From: Eledone cirrhosa
Lineage: Eukaryota
Assembly: GCA_964016885.1 (NCBI GenBank)
Contig: OZ024740.1
Location: 168,330,001-168,394,000, forward strand
Length of the DNA: 64,000 nucleotides
Reading direction: 5' to 3'
The notes beneath the pieces are model-generated. The model saw only the letters and a list, made by a program, of their open reading frames with translations. It made no database searches and was not told the DNA's origin. Of the stretch, positions 42,060 to 62,085 are shown piece by piece; within the stretch, counting starts at the first letter, position 1, and every line of letters begins with the position of its first letter. The translations under genes and the position numbers were made by a program.

Positions 42060-42880
42060 ATTAGCGAAAAACAACTTCCGAGATGTGTGGCAAGCACTCC
42101 ATAGAAACGAGTGAACTAGAGCAACAACATACGTTAAAAGGCCAAATACACTGAGATGATGGTTAAACCATTATCCGCAAAGCCATAGAACCGACCAAGC
42201 TATTCGGGTCAAACAAATAATAAAATCTGATTGAAAATTATACCCGGACCCCTGGAAACGGTGGTAAAATCCAATATGGGGTTTTCTGCAACTCCTAAAT
42301 CAGGAGCTGTCTGCTTACACAAATAATGTTAAGCTTTTGGTATGATGATCGAACAAGGAAGTCACTTTTTCAACAGGCATTTAGTTCTATGCAAAGCTAA
42401 GGACTGACCGTTATATGAACCCACGTGGGGGTTAGAAGGGAGACAACCCCTAGTCTTGGCGGATGAATTCAGTATGTGTGGTTATTGCAAAATTGCAAAA
42501 TATCACAAAACGATTTAAACTCTCAACAGAATAGTTTATAAAAATTAACATAAGCTATTAATCAGTCAATAGAATTAACTAAAAAAAATCAAAAAAATTA
42601 ACTGGTTAATAGGTAGACTCTGGAGATTAATACAAATATAAATTTACGAGAATCGCATTTCGGCTATTGGAACTAGAGCAACAACGTACGTTAAAAGGCC
42701 AAACACACTGAGATGATGGTTAAACCATTATCCGCAAAGCCATAGAACCGACCAAGCTATTCGGGTCAAACAAATAATAAAATATGATTGAAAATTATAC
42801 CCGGACTCCTGAAACGGTGGTAAAATCCAATATGGGGTTTTCTGCAACTCCTAAATCAGGTACTGTCTGCTTACACAAAT
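42060..42880. repeat. Terminally redundant non-coding element (~557-nt unit)
   Basis: 42113-42324 is repeated at 42670-42880. Microsatellite flanks. Confidence 0.7.
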
Positions 42881-43030
42881 ATATATATATATTTATTTAT
42901 TTATTTATTTATATATATATATATACAGTATATATATATATATTTATTTATTTATTTATTTATTTATTTATATATATATACAGTATATATATATATATTT
43001 ATTTATTTATTTATATATATATATATACAG

Positions 43031-43092
<62 letters not shown>

Positions 43093-43094
<2 letters not shown>

Positions 43095-43194
43095 GGGTGT
43101 CCCAAAACAATGTATACATACTTTAACAACATTCTAATAAATATTGCCTGTACAACAGGTAATCAAAGTATGTATACATTTTTGGGGACATCCT
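43093..43194. mobile_element. Tc1/mariner-type MITE
   Basis: ~30-bp imperfect TIRs, cagggtgtcccaaaacaatgtatacatacttt / aaagtatgtatacatttttggggacatcct, in a TA context. Confidence 0.6.
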
Positions 43195-43655
43195 ACATAT
43201 GTATAATGCGTAGGATGCGGGTCTACTGTATTCGGCTAGAGAGGGTTGAGCTAAGCTACTGACAACGCAAATGCCAGTGATCGGAACAGGCAATTAACTT
43301 CTGATCTCACAGTTAGCTCTCTAGTTCCTAATGCTTTAGCCTTTGGCGCTCTACTATATCTATGGATATGCCACCTGAAAAATATTCAGATGATTCAAAT
43401 AAAATGACAAGCATATGTGAATAAACTTTCTAAACAACTTATGATTCTATCCTTCCTGTTTGCTTAAAGGATTAATTTTATGGCAATTTAATTTGGACCG
43501 TCCCAATTAATGAATAATTACGAATTATACTAATTAGTTATCATACTTAAAATTCATTAAAATATCTGGTTACTCCTATGATTAAATAAGATTTTAAAAT
43601 ATATATATATTGACGTATATAGATGTCATTCTTGCGACATAATTCCTATTCCCAT

Positions 43656-43782
<127 letters not shown>

Positions 43783-43913
43783 GTTGTATTTAATTTGTTG
43801 GAAGTCCGACAAACATAAATGTTTATAACTGATTTAGAGTACTCAACAGTTTACTGGAGTAAATATTCCATGATATTAAATAAATGGAAACTATATTTAT
43901 AAAACCATATTTA

Positions 43914-43974
43914 TTTTATTATATATATTTCAAGGGCAACCAAGACACAATTGGTGCGCTTTCATCAGATAAAA
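43914..43974 (-). ncRNA. Type-I hammerhead ribozyme
   Basis: ttttat-CTGATGA-aagcgc.accaa....ttggt.gccctt-GAAA-tatata-TA-ataaaa. Confidence 0.65.
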
Positions 43975-44046
43975 TACAAAGTTTATTTTATAAATAGAGA
44001 CGTACCCATGAAAATTCTACCTTATCGGTTGGAAATTCACTGGATA

Positions 44047-44093
<47 letters not shown>

Positions 44094-44173
44094 CCTACCT
44101 AATATCTTCACTTTCCACTATTTACTTCCCTATTTTCTTCACTAACTGATTACACAATTCACTTGCGTTTTCC

Positions 44174-44207
<34 letters not shown>

Positions 44208-44499
44208 CGCAGCCAATCTTATAATTTTATATTTGTACTTACTTATCCACAAGTTTTTTACACCCTGTATCTATGTGTCTGAACGCCTTAATGTGTGTAT
44301 ACTTTCTATATATGTACACGAGCGCCTCCGTATGTGCGCGCGCGTGCGTATATATATATATATATATGTGTGTATGTATATGCGTCTTTATATCCGTGTT
44401 TTTACATCTATGTTTTTTGTTTTGTTATTTTCTTCTTCCTTTTTTTACATCCTCATTTTTATGCGTGTGCATGCAAACAGGTCAATATGCGTTAGTGTA

Positions 44500-44551
<52 letters not shown>

Positions 44552-45051
44552 TACCGAATGTAAATTATTGTTCCATTTTTATAAATATATCGAGAATGTA
44601 AATTATTGTTCCATTTTTATAAATATATCGAGAATGATACTTTCTTTTAATTATTACACTCCCTTACCTCTTTTACTTCCGCATATAAGTGTACGTGCGT
44701 GTGGGTGTGTTTATACGGGTGCCTTCATATTCTTATAATGTATCTATTATCCTATTTTTTCTGTGTACCTGCCAAACAGAAAACCACATCATGTCTGTCT
44801 GTAGTTTACAGAGATACACTTGCCCTAACACATATATTTACGCACACTTTTTCACTATACGTATACATTTGTACATACACATATATGTACATCTGTGAGC
44901 GTATATACATACATATACACACACCTAACTATATTTCTTGAAAATTTTTATATATTTCATATGGCTATTGTAATTCATTTGTCTATATATAATTTTTTAT
45001 TTTTGCTTTTCTTCATGAGACTTTCCAAGTATTTAGCCATGTTTTATATTG

Positions 45052-45121
45052 CCTCGTCTGACGAACGAATGAAGACGTTTCTTTCGTATTCGCCTCATTC
45101 GGGAAACCTCTGGTAATGAGG
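45052..45121 (+). ncRNA. Type-I hammerhead ribozyme
   Basis: cctcgt-CTGACGA-a-cgaatga...tcattcg-g-GAAA-cc(tct)gg-TA-atgagg. Confidence 0.75.
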
Positions 45122-45134
45122 TAATTATATTGTA

Positions 45135-49945
<4,811 letters not shown>

Positions 49946-52900
49946 GGTGTTATTAAATTTATTTAGTCTACTATGCAAATTAGTGTCGGATATGTTTAAA
50001 TCACAGTAGATTTAAAATAAGCCGTTGAAGTATGGAAAAAAAAGGAAAGAAAAGAAAAAGAGAAAAAAGAGAAAAAGAGAAAAAAAGAGAAAAAAAAGAG
50101 CAAACGCTAAGAGGAAAATAATAAAACAAGAGAAAGAGAAGGAGAAAGAGAAGAAAAAAGAAAAAAGAAAAAAGAAAGAGAAAGAGAAAGAGAAAGAGAA
50201 AGCCCTAAGTGATAGGTTGTTGTATTAGCGTAACTTTTAAGATGAAGTGAAAACATAAATATTTATTGGATGAGTTAGGAAGAGTAAATAAGCGTGAATA
50301 GAAAATAAATAAATAATAATAACTGGAGAATTTTATCCGGGTTTAAATATGATTAAATGTTTAGTTTATCAATTAAACTATCAATTAAATTATTGAGATC
50401 TATACATTAAAATTGATATATTATTAAAACTATATATTATTAAAACTATATATTATTAAAAAAAAATAATAAAATCTATATATTATTAAAAGAATATATT
50501 CATATATATACATACGCACACATATATATATATACATATACATATATATATACACATACATATATATACATACAATAAAAGATTTTTTATGTTTAAGATA
50601 TAGGAATTTTTCTAAACTTATAGATTTTTCAGAGAAATCGGAGAAAAAATCGGAGAAAAATCATTTCTATGTAATACAAAACAGTGTGAAGGAAATTAAG
50701 TTATTTACTTATATTAAATGTTATAAATGTTAAGATAATAAAGGAAATTTAAGATTATACAAACCTTATATTATTTAATAGTAAGTTATAATTTTATAAA
50801 TTTTATAAATGTTATATCTAATAAATCCACCTATGTAGTTGTGACTGTTATTATATAAGTTTGTTTAGCATAAACCGTAAGAAATCCTTTATAACAGAGT
50901 GCATTTGAATTGTATGTATATATACATATACACAACCCCTACATAGATACACACACCGGTAGACATGCATCATACATATATATATATAGAGAGAGAGATA
51001 AATATAAAGTACATAATATAATTAAAGTACATAATATATAAAATAAAATAAAAATGAATTATAGTTTTAAAAGGAATTACGATTTGGAAATATATTCATA
51101 CAATTTTAAGCAATATAACTTTAAAGCAATATAATTTTTAAAAATATTAAAATATATTTTAAGATATAATTTTAAAATAAGAATATGTCTAAAAATTCAG
51201 TATAAAAATGAATTTAAATTTTTTTTATATATAACATTTAATTCTCAGTATGTTTAACTTAATTTTTATAACCATATGAGAAATTTTCAAAGAAAAAGAA
51301 AGAGAAACTTTCAAAAAGAGAAACTTTCAAAAATAGGAGAAACTTTCAAAGAAAATATTTTCCTCCTTTAAGAGCTTTCAGTATGTTTATCTAGAAAAAA
51401 TTTTTCTAGGAAAAAATTTGTTTTATAATGAGAGTTTTAAGCAGTCAAATGAAGGAATCTAATGATTTATCGATAGGTTCAATATATTTAATAGAATGAG
51501 TTATATATTACATTTTAAATTTATATTTAAACGTTGAATTCAATCTATGTTTGCAGCAACTGAAAAGATTGCTTCTTACGTTCAGGGAATTTTTGCTTTT
51601 TAATATAAAGAATATTTCCTCTATACAAAGATCGCAATTTTCGGAAGAAGAGTTAAATGGAGTAGCTTTTGAAATAATATTCCAAAGTAACGAATATTTA
51701 ACGTTCTTTAATTTAAGGTCCCATAATAAGCTAGATAGAGAAGTTGAAGATGTTTTGTTTAAATGCGTAAAAGAGCATTTATGGTTATTAAAACGAGATT
51801 TAAAATATGTGGAAGTAGATCCTACATAATTAAATGAATTTAAATTAGTTTTTACATTACAATTATATACTATATTTTTAGCTAAACAATTATTATTTAA
51901 CGGACAGTTAGATTTATTTCTACAGTTACATTTATCAAAATTTAAGTCACTAGGAGCTATATTATTAAATTGAGCTGTATTACTAAATTGCTGGGGTTAT
52001 TAGTGGTATTTTGGTTAGGTTTTAAATTTCTATTATTAATTCTATTAATATTCGGCGCTAAATTTTTGGTGGATGAATAAGTTAATTTTATAGTATGTCT
52101 ATTAAATATTGAGTAATATCTATGTGATCTAGGGAAGCATTTGTCAAGGGCTTTAAAGAATAGGAGTTTTAATATTTAATGAGAAAGGAGGAGCGAACCA
52201 TAATATATTCCTAGTTCTATTTCTTTATTTGTTTTCCGAATTATTGTAAGGTTTTCTATTATAGTTGTTAAAATTGTTAAGATTATGGTTAGTTGTTATA
52301 TTATTATTATCAATGTATTTAATTTTATTTCTATAACCAGCTCTACCTAACGCTTCGTTGTAATAATGTGCTTTATCATCAAATATATTCCTATTAGCTG
52401 AAATTCTAGAAATGCGTTGCTGTACAGAATTCACTATAGTATTTTTAACGGATCTGGGGTGATTAGAGTTAAAATTAACGTAGTTTAAGTTCTCGTTTAG
52501 TTTGTGAAATGGATAATGAAGACATGTGTTAAGGTTTAAGGTTACATCTAGAAAATTAACTATTTTATGGTTATTCTCTATTTCTACTTTTAGATTAAGG
52601 TAATTAAAAAATTGTATAATTTCTTTTCTTTTCCTATTTAATTCACAGTTATTATTTTCGATAAGTAATAGCATGTCGTCACGATATAAACCTCCGGTCA
52701 TCTCAGGTATTTTTCTATGTAGAGAATTATTTATAAAAAGGCCCACAAGATCCGTTACCTGAGCGGAATCGGATGATCCCATAGTGATATCGAAATAATT
52801 ATTTCTATCTGCTCTAGTCCAGAGTTGGTTGTCAAATTCAATTAACGTTTTCCGTGCCGTTAAGATAATGGGCATTTCATTACTAGTTAAGTCTGTATGT

Positions 52901-53196
52901 TTAAATGCAAATGTTAGTGCTTTATTAAGTAGATTAGAAGTAATGGATGAGTAATAATTAGCAATATCCAATTGAATAAACTTATAGTTATATTTAATTT
53001 CCTTAAACCATTCGATATATATATGTGTATATGTATGTATATATATATGTGTATGTATATATGTGTGTGTATGTAATTGTGTGCGTGTGTGTGTGCATGT
53101 GTGTTTATTTTTCCTTTCCTTCTTCCTTTACCAGCCTCACTTTCATATAGATTATATTTTTGTTTTTAAAATCCAATGTCAATAAATACACCAGGA

Positions 53197-53263
53197 TTTT
53201 TTCATTCTGATGATTGAAAGCAAAATTTTTTTGCTTTCAAGAAACCACTAGTAAATGAAAAAA
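53197..53263 (+). ncRNA. Type-I hammerhead ribozyme with perfect long stems I and II
   Basis: ttttttcatt-CTGATGA-ttgaaagcaaaa(ttt)ttttgctttcaa-GAAA-c(cacta)g-TA-aatgaaaaaa. Confidence 0.8.
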
Positions 53264-53293
53264 TGAAATAATTGCCTTATGTTGTTTATTACA

Positions 53294-53943
<650 letters not shown>

Positions 53944-54059
53944 ATGAGAATAAACGTGCTGCGTGGTTGCTAATGGGTTACATATGAATACTTGTTGAGT
54001 GCTTTTATATCAGTTATAAATATTTACTCGTTGTTAACCCAACAATTTAAATAAAACTT

Positions 54060-54176
<117 letters not shown>

Positions 54177-55024
54177 ATGAGAATAAACGTGCTGCGTGGT
54201 TGCTAATGGGTTACATATGAATAAAGTTAGTCCTTCATCAGTGATCTTCCAACCTTCATTGGTATTTCATCGCTTTAAAGACCATATACCTCCGGTTGGT
54301 GCGAGCAACGGCTAAAAAAAGTCGTTGGGACACGTAAATAAAGGGGACACGAGAGTGTAAACAAACACACCCTTCACTCACTCACTCTCTGTTACTACCT
54401 CTCCTCCTCCTCCTTCTTCTCGTTTGACCTGTGCGTAATTCTTTTCTTTCGCACCCTTGGTCAGGCAGGTCGCTTTATATATATATATATATATATATAT
54501 AAATGGCTTCTACAGGACTAGAACTGTTTCATTCGGAGGAAATCATCGGGAAAGCTTCATGATTTCCTCCGAATGAAACAGTTCTAGTCCTGTAGAAGCC
54601 ATTTCTATATTAAATATTTATACTCTGCTATGTATTGAGTACCTTACTTACTGTGGTTACCCCCAATTGAACCCGGGATAAACTTATATATATCCTGCTA
54701 TATCAAGCGTTAACCTAATATATCCCTTCCATATACTCTACCGATTGTGTTGTTATTTCTGTTTACCTTTTACATATATATATACACATATATCTGTGTG
54801 TGCATATATATAGATATAGATATAAGTGTATGTATGTATGTTTATACGTGAGGAGTGGTGTTGTATGCTTCTGTATTTCTTGGGTTGTGTGTTGATACAT
54901 AAGTACTGAGAGTATCTTAAGTGCTTCTTGTTTTTTGTTTGTTTTTTTTGTTTTTTTGTTTGTTTTTTTGTTTTTTTTGTGTTTTTTTGTGTTTTTTTGT
55001 AAGTCATCCATATCTATCGCCATT

Positions 55025-55205
55025 TGGATTGGCAGTATAGGTAGAGGGTAGGACGTCATGCTTTGACGCATAGAGTTACGGCCCTTTCCATTCTGAGTTC
55101 AAATCCCGCCGAGGTCAACTTTGCCTTTCATCCTTACGGGGTCGATAAAATAAAGTACCAGTAATGTACTGGGTAATTGCTGGCCTTGTGCCAAAAGTAG
55201 AAACA
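55025..55205 (+). mobile_element. tRNA-derived SINE
   Basis: Same family as 29031-29212. Confidence 0.8.
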
Positions 55206-55520
55206 ATTATTAATTAACATTACTGAGTGTTGTCTTTCGTTAATGTACTCTTTAGTTCCTGAAACCCTCTGTCTCGAGTTTCGAAATTAAATGCATTTGT
55301 ATGGATTCTTCTTTCCAGGTTAGCTGGTGAGTTTGTAATTGTGCTTAGGATAGCATGAAGGAAATAACAAATATTGTTTTGAGTTTGTGAATTTCAAGTA
55401 GATGCAGGCGTGGTGGAACTGGGGACCATCCCACTCCCACCCGCTCCAATAATTATATTTTTCTACCTAAACTACTATAAACAGACATCTATTTATATAT
55501 GCGCTTCAATATATGTACAT

Positions 55521-55975
55521 GTAGATATAGAGAGGGGGAGAGTTTGGTGTTAATTGATATAGAGAAGGGAATTGGAAGAGAGTTCCGTGTAGTTGACATA
55601 GAGAGGGAGTTGGGAGAGATTGGTGTAGGGTTGGTTTAGAGAGGAGGAGAGTTTGGTGGTAATGAATAAAGTGAGAGGATTGATAGATATAGGGAGGGGG
55701 AGAGTTTAGTAGTGATGGATAGAGTAAGAGAAAATGAGAGAGAGTGTTCTATGGTACATATAGAGAGAGGAGGTTTGGTACTGATGAATAGAGTGAGAGG
55801 AAATGAGAGAGAGTGTTCTGTAGTATATATGGAGAAGGGGATAGTTTGGTGATAATTGATATAGAGAGAGTGGTTGGAAGAGAGTTCCGTGTAGTAGATA
55901 TACAGTGGGGGAGAGTTTGGTGTTAATTGATATAGAGAGAGGGGTTGGAAGAGAGTTCCGTGTAGTAGATATATA
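55521..55975. repeat. GA-rich degenerate minisatellite
   Basis: Recurrent gagagtttggtgttaattgatatagag and ttggaagagagttccgtgtag blocks. Confidence 0.65.
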
Positions 55976-58900
55976 TTTCTATTTATTTGCCACCAGGGCA
56001 TCAAAGATTGGGACAAATACAAAGGGGGGAGTTTACATACATTTAAAAAGACGTGTAAAAAACATATAACAAATTAAATTTAACAATCGATGTCCTCAAT
56101 AGGGAGGGGCGTTGACATGGGTCGCACACACCCCCGAAAAAATGTGCAACCCTCCTCTTCAGGAGCACAAAGAGCGGGTGCTTCCTTCCTCTTCTCATTC
56201 TTCTCCTCTCTCACCTACAGGCTTATATAGAGAGAAGGCCCATTCACTCGGGCCATTCTCGCTACTTTCACCCATCTTTCATAAAACTTGCTGGGGTAGA
56301 GCACCTCTCTCTCCATTCTGATCCTTCTTCTAAAGTGGTACTTGAAAAAAAAGACCAGTTGTTGGCCGGAGAGAAAGGTGTCTGACCTCAGCCCTTTCAA
56401 CCTTGTCCACCATACAACTTATTTCGCCATGGCTATCACACAGAGGAAAACAGCCTCTTCTTCGTTTTTGAAAGGGGGAGGCGGTTTGATTGTGACAATG
56501 TTCTCGGTGGTCAACCGGATTGGTCCCACCCGCGACAGTAGTCGTTCTACATAGCCCCACAGGTCAGCAACGCCCGAGCAGTGTACAAATACGTGTGCGA
56601 CGGTTTCCTCGTCACGCACGCATCTTGGACAGATCTTCTTCGAGGGGTCCCTACCCGGGCGCCCGTGTCTGTAGAGCTTGTCCCGAACGGGTAGAGCTCC
56701 TCGGTAACATTGCCAAGCCAGGGACTTTTGGAAATTGTCCATCGGTCCCGGGCCAAACGTCCTACCGAACAGACTGGCCAGCTCGTCTTCCTCCATGCCC
56801 AGAGCCTCTCCGAGAGCGTTGTCGCACTTACTGCGCACCAACCCTCTATAGAATGTTGAGGTTGAGTCTGCACTGATTGCCGGATCCGCTTGCCAGAGGG
56901 CCGTGAGCGCCTGGGCACATTCAATGTGCCAGTCGCCCACTTTTCTCGGTCTTTGCTTGACCCAGGATTGCAGCTCGGTGAGTGAGACGAGTCTCGGAAA
57001 GGCTCGCCTCACAAACAGGGCCCACACCGGCTGACCGGTGAGGAATACCTGGAGGTGCCGTAGCCTTAATGCGTGTCTACGCATCGTCAGCCACGGCATC
57101 CCCAGCCCTCCGTTCGAAGGGTGTTGACAGCAGATGGATCTTCTCACCAAAGGAGCCCGCTTCTTCCAAAGAAATCGGAAGAGCATGCGCTCCATTTTGG
57201 CGAGCTTTTTCTCTGGGCAAGGCACGACGGTCAAGCGGTAGTAAATGACGGACGCTATATAAGCGTTCGCCACCTCCGCTCGACCTTTCAGGAATAGTTT
57301 GCACTCGGCCCACTTCTGGGCGAGTGCAAATACCTTGCCCGTTACCTCGTCCCAGTTTTTCTCCACCTGAAGGTCCGGTCCGAACCAGACCCCGAGCAGC
57401 TTCACCGGTCCCTCCGTTCTGCGTCCGACGATGCTGTCGGAGGGCATCGTTTTGCCCCTCCACGTCCCGAGTTGCAAACCGACGGACTTGTCCCGGTTCA
57501 GCTTGGCTCCTGTGAACCTTTCATATTCCTCCAGTAAGGTGACGATCTGCCCGATTTCTGAGGCGCACGACACCATTACTGTCACGTCATCGGCGTAGGC
57601 CGACACTGCTTTCCGCAATCCCGGTTCCAAGGGGATGCCCTGCAACAGCTCCAGCTTCCGCAGTAGTGGCTCGAGAGCCAGCACATACAGGAGGGAGGAG
57701 AGAGGGCATCCCTGTCGAATGGATCGCGTGATTTGGAACGGCTCCGAGAGGTAGCCGTTCACCTTGACCCTCGAGCAGGTGTTGCTGCTGTGCATTGCAG
57801 CAATCCAGCCCCTGAAAACGGGTCCGAAGCCTGCCGCCGCGAGCACCGCATCCAGGTACCGATGGTCAACCCTATCGAACGCTTTAGATTGATCCAAGTT
57901 GATCAGGGCCCCACCAAAGCCGGATTCGTTCCCTACCCTCTCTACAATGTATCGCATGAGGTGGGGGTTGTCGTGTATGGACCTGGACGGGATTGCGCAT
58001 GCCTGCGCTTCTCCCACCAGGTTCCCGACGACAAGCGCCAACCTCTTCGCTAACACCTTGGCCAAAATCTTTAACTCTGTGTTTAGCAGAGTTATGGGCC
58101 TGAAGTTATCTATGTCATCCCCCTTGTTCTCGTCCTTCCTCACCAGCGTGACCACGCCCTTGGTCACAGAACTGGGAATTCTCCCGTTCTGTTGCCAGTT
58201 GCAGTAGACCGCCTCGAGGAGACCGGAGAACAAGCCCGGCATCGCTACATAAAGTTCGTATGGTAGACCATCGAGACCCGGAGATTTGCGTTTGCCGCAT
58301 TGGCTCAGCGCTTCCCCTATTTCAGCGGCTGAAATCGGCCTCTCGCAGGACTTCGCCTCCCCGTCCGAGAGCCGCGCCAGACCGTCGAGGTACGGACCGA
58401 AATCCATGGCCCCACCCGACCCTCCGCCCCTCCCGAACAGTCGTGCAAAGCGCCGTTGAAAGGCCGCGCTCATCCGCTCAGGTTCAAGGATCACGCGTCC
58501 ATCCTGGTCCTTCAAAGACCGAATCGTGGACTTGTTTCCACTTTTTGCCTCTGTCACTCGGGCCCAGCTAACAGCTTTGGCTCCCTCGTTACCCAGAGCA
58601 CGTATTTTACTCCTGACAACGCAGCCCTCGTGTTTCGTATCAAAGAACTGGTCTAGGGCCGTTCTTGACGCCAGCACGCCGGCCACGTTGCCACTCCTAA
58701 TCGCCTCTTCTACTCTATTTGTTAATTCCCTTTCAGTTCTATTCCTATCTGATGCTAATTCCCGACTAAAACCTATCGATTCTATTCTAATTTCTCTCTT
58801 GAGAGAGCCCCACCACCTGTTGTTGACAATTGCCCCCGTAAAACGCTGCTTAACTAGTGTGCTAATCCGCTTACTGTAAGCTTTGTTGGTCGGTAAAGAC

Positions 58901-60376
58901 AAGTTTAGCTTCCAGTAACCGGGTCCCTGTCTATGAGTTCTATCAAGGTTGACCACTCCGGTCACCAACTTGTGATCCGAATAGTCAACCATGAACATTC
59001 GTGGACAGCTTAATATGTCCCTATCCTTATTTCTAACTAGGAACCTATCTAGGAACGACCTAGATGTTCCGCTGCGATTACTCCACGTCCACCGTGGCAC
59101 AGTCGGAAAATCTAGTCGATATCTATCGGCCAGATCAAATCGGCCGATTAATCGTTTGAGGCTGTTACACCCCCCTCTATCGGAACATGCCCCTACATAG
59201 TCCCAACGTGCATCCAGGATACCATTCCAGTCCCCCACTAAAAGCAAGGAGTGAGACGTTCCCAGGAAATTCTCCAGGCGTCGGAAGAAGTCCGGTCGCG
59301 GTGTCCCAGATGGGGCATACGCTGCCACCAGCCTGAAAGCTCCACCTTCACCACTGCCGACGTCTAAAACCACCAGTCGACCCTCCGGGTCCAGGTGTAC
59401 CTTCTGTGTGGCAAGACCCAGGTATTTTCGCAGCAGAACGACAACCCCACCCCCACCCCTCGGCTGACAGAGAGATGCGTAGATCTCAAAGTCGTCGAAG
59501 ATGGGGGCCAGTTGGCGCTCGCTGCTGATCCTGGATTCGCAAATAACCATTACATCCACTCTGTGCGACCTGAGGTCATTTAAAAGTTTGCCCTGTTTCC
59601 AGGACATCCCCAAGCCGCGTGCATTCACACATTCAACTCTTATATTGGCCATGTTCGTGCTGAAGAGGTAAAAAGGAAGAGGAAAGGAAATTACTTACCT
59701 CTTCGTCTCCTGGGGACCAGGCTGCACAATTTCCATGGGGGTGTTGGAAGGGTTGTTTGGTGTGGTGGTGGTTTGTGGTGGGGTGAGGACATCAGTGTGT
59801 GGTGGGATTAGGGTGTTTGGTGGGGTGTGGGTGTCTGATGTGGGGGTGGGGAAACATCTCAATAGGACGCTGTTATGTGGTTTGGTGCAGTTGGTCCCCA
59901 CATGCATTGGATGGTTCTTTTTCAAAGTTACATAGCTTTCCGTTGGGACCTTAATCATCATTAGGTGCGGTTTGTTCGCTGCGTAGGTGAAAATGATCCC
60001 TTCGGTTTCCACCGAAGGGTTATTTTCTATCGCTTTCATCAACGTTTTATTGTTCTTGTTAATGTATGTATAGAGTTTTTGTTGTGTTGTGTTTGTTTTT
60101 GTTTCTTGTTCTTGTGCGTGTTTGCGTTTTGTAGTACGTGTTATGTTTTTTTGGGGGGTGGGGTTTTTTATTTGTGATGTTTGTTCTGTTTGTACTGGTG
60201 GTTGTGTGTTTGTAGCATTTTTGTTAATGTAGTGCCTTTTTTTTTCCTTTTCACCTGTTGAAAGGGTTCTCCCTCGTCGTCACTGGGTGACGTTGATACG
60301 GAGTCCTCTTCCGTGTTGTTGGGGAGGGGTATATTTTGGGGTTTTGTTGTGGTTGCTTTTGTATTTGTTTTAGGTG
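55975..60376 (-). mobile_element. L1/Tx1-clade LINE, 5' part of ORF1 missing
   Basis: ORF2 plus ORF1-position remnants (59695-60376). The 3' UTR is homologous to about 6250-6494. Confidence 0.88.
56215..59652 (-). pseudogene. LINE ORF2 (AP endonuclease + RT + zinc knuckle) with a single late nonsense codon
   Basis: VNARGL, LVGDWN, SDH, DQSKAFDRV, IRQGCPLS, AYADD, CPRC. TAA at 56419-56421 sits where the 5638-6189 paralogue has Glu. The frame continues to 56215. Confidence 0.88.
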
Positions 60377-61360
60377 GGTATGTCTTGCTAATAAGTGTTT
60401 TTACGGAGGTACCTGGTCTCCGGAGGTACCAGGTACCTCCGTAAAAAAAAATAAATAAATAAATAAAAACACTTATTAGCAAGACATACCCGTTCCAAAG
60501 ACCCTCATGTATAGATAAGAAATGTATAACCTGTAAAATAAGCCCCCATATTAACTGTAAAACTAGAAATGTAGTGTATAGCATAAGATGTACTGAAGGA
60601 CAATGTAGAAACAAAAATATAGTGTACATAGGTGAGACAGCTCGTAGTATAGGGGAACGGATAAATGAACACTGGCGAGACCTTCAAGATAATAAAGAAT
60701 CATCTGTACTCTACCAACATGCTAAGATAGAACACAGGGGTAAATTAGAGAGCATAGAAATAAAAATAGAATCCACACAGAAAAGATGCAATGTTTAGGC
60801 AAATTACAGAGGCAGTAAGCATAAAAGAATTACAACTAAAATTAAATAGAAAATATGAGTGGAACAGCAACATCACAACTTACAATTAAGGACAAAATGA
60901 AAACACACACACACATAGAACAAACAACCAACCAACAACATGTAAATAAATAAACAAATAGATAAATGAACACAAACACACACAGACACCCGGATGTGGC
61001 GCATGCGCAAACTGAGCACACAACACACACACAGAAACAAAATGGCGTAGGACAGAAGAAAGGAAAGGCACAGAAACAAAGAAAGGAATCCCCAGTCACT
61101 GAAGAGGTCACAGAGTGTGTGACGAAAGGACTATGACTATATATAAACAACTATCTGGTTGTGGAACCAACCAACCAACCAACCAGAAATTTATAACTTT
61201 GTAGATTTGTAAATTTATAAATTTATAAATATATAATAAATTGAAGTGAAAGCAACTGGTGCGTGTTCTTATTGGCACCCATGACCCTCCCAAAGTATAA
61301 CAATATCGGTTTCAACACACGATTTCAGATAAAGAATCTTGCTAAACAAATTCAGAAACG

Positions 61361-61362
<2 letters not shown>
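60377..61362 (+). mobile_element. 5'-truncated copy of the 36731-41858 PLE family with short 5' inversion
   Basis: Near-identical to the GIY-YIG end and pLTR. 60377-60417 is inverted relative to about 60433-60491. Ends in (TA)n. Confidence 0.9.
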
Positions 61363-61439
<77 letters not shown>

Positions 61440-61545
61440 CGAAGGAAATGTGGTAAGGAACCAGATGGACCATAACGCACCAAAGTTTTAGTCCAGAATT
61501 AGCCGTCGAAACGGCTTGAGCTCAGCCGTCGGGGTCCTACTCGTT

Positions 61546-61627
<82 letters not shown>

Positions 61628-62037
61628 TATGTATACGTACATACATATATGTATACAGACGTACAGTAGTATGTATATATATACATACATGCACACATAT
61701 ATATATGTACGTATGGATTCACCGAACATTTATTATAATGCTCGGTGTGTTTGTAAACAAACACCCCGAATTAAGCCGTACAGTGTTTAGCAACCATCGT
61801 TGCCCTTTTTTCAACACTGACAAAGGAACGCTGTACTAGTTTCAAGCTTGTTAGCTATCGAGCATTATAATAAATGTTCGGTGAATCCATACGTACATAT
61901 ATATATATGTGTGCATGTATGTATATATATACATACTACTGTACGTCTGTGTACATATATGTATGTACGTATACATACTTATATTTAAGTAACAGCCGTA
62001 CTAAGAGTGAGAAATGAAATTTCGTTTCATTTTTTCC

Positions 62038-62085
<48 letters not shown>

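Noticed and set aside
50025-50228. Lys/Glu-rich ORF
   Set aside because: It is a purine-rich low-complexity tract antisense to a PLE 3' region.
61621-61985. Inverted repeat with GAAA-ctag-TA on the minus strand
   Set aside because: Only a possible 3' half of an HHR is present, with no CUGANGA, so no ribozyme was called.
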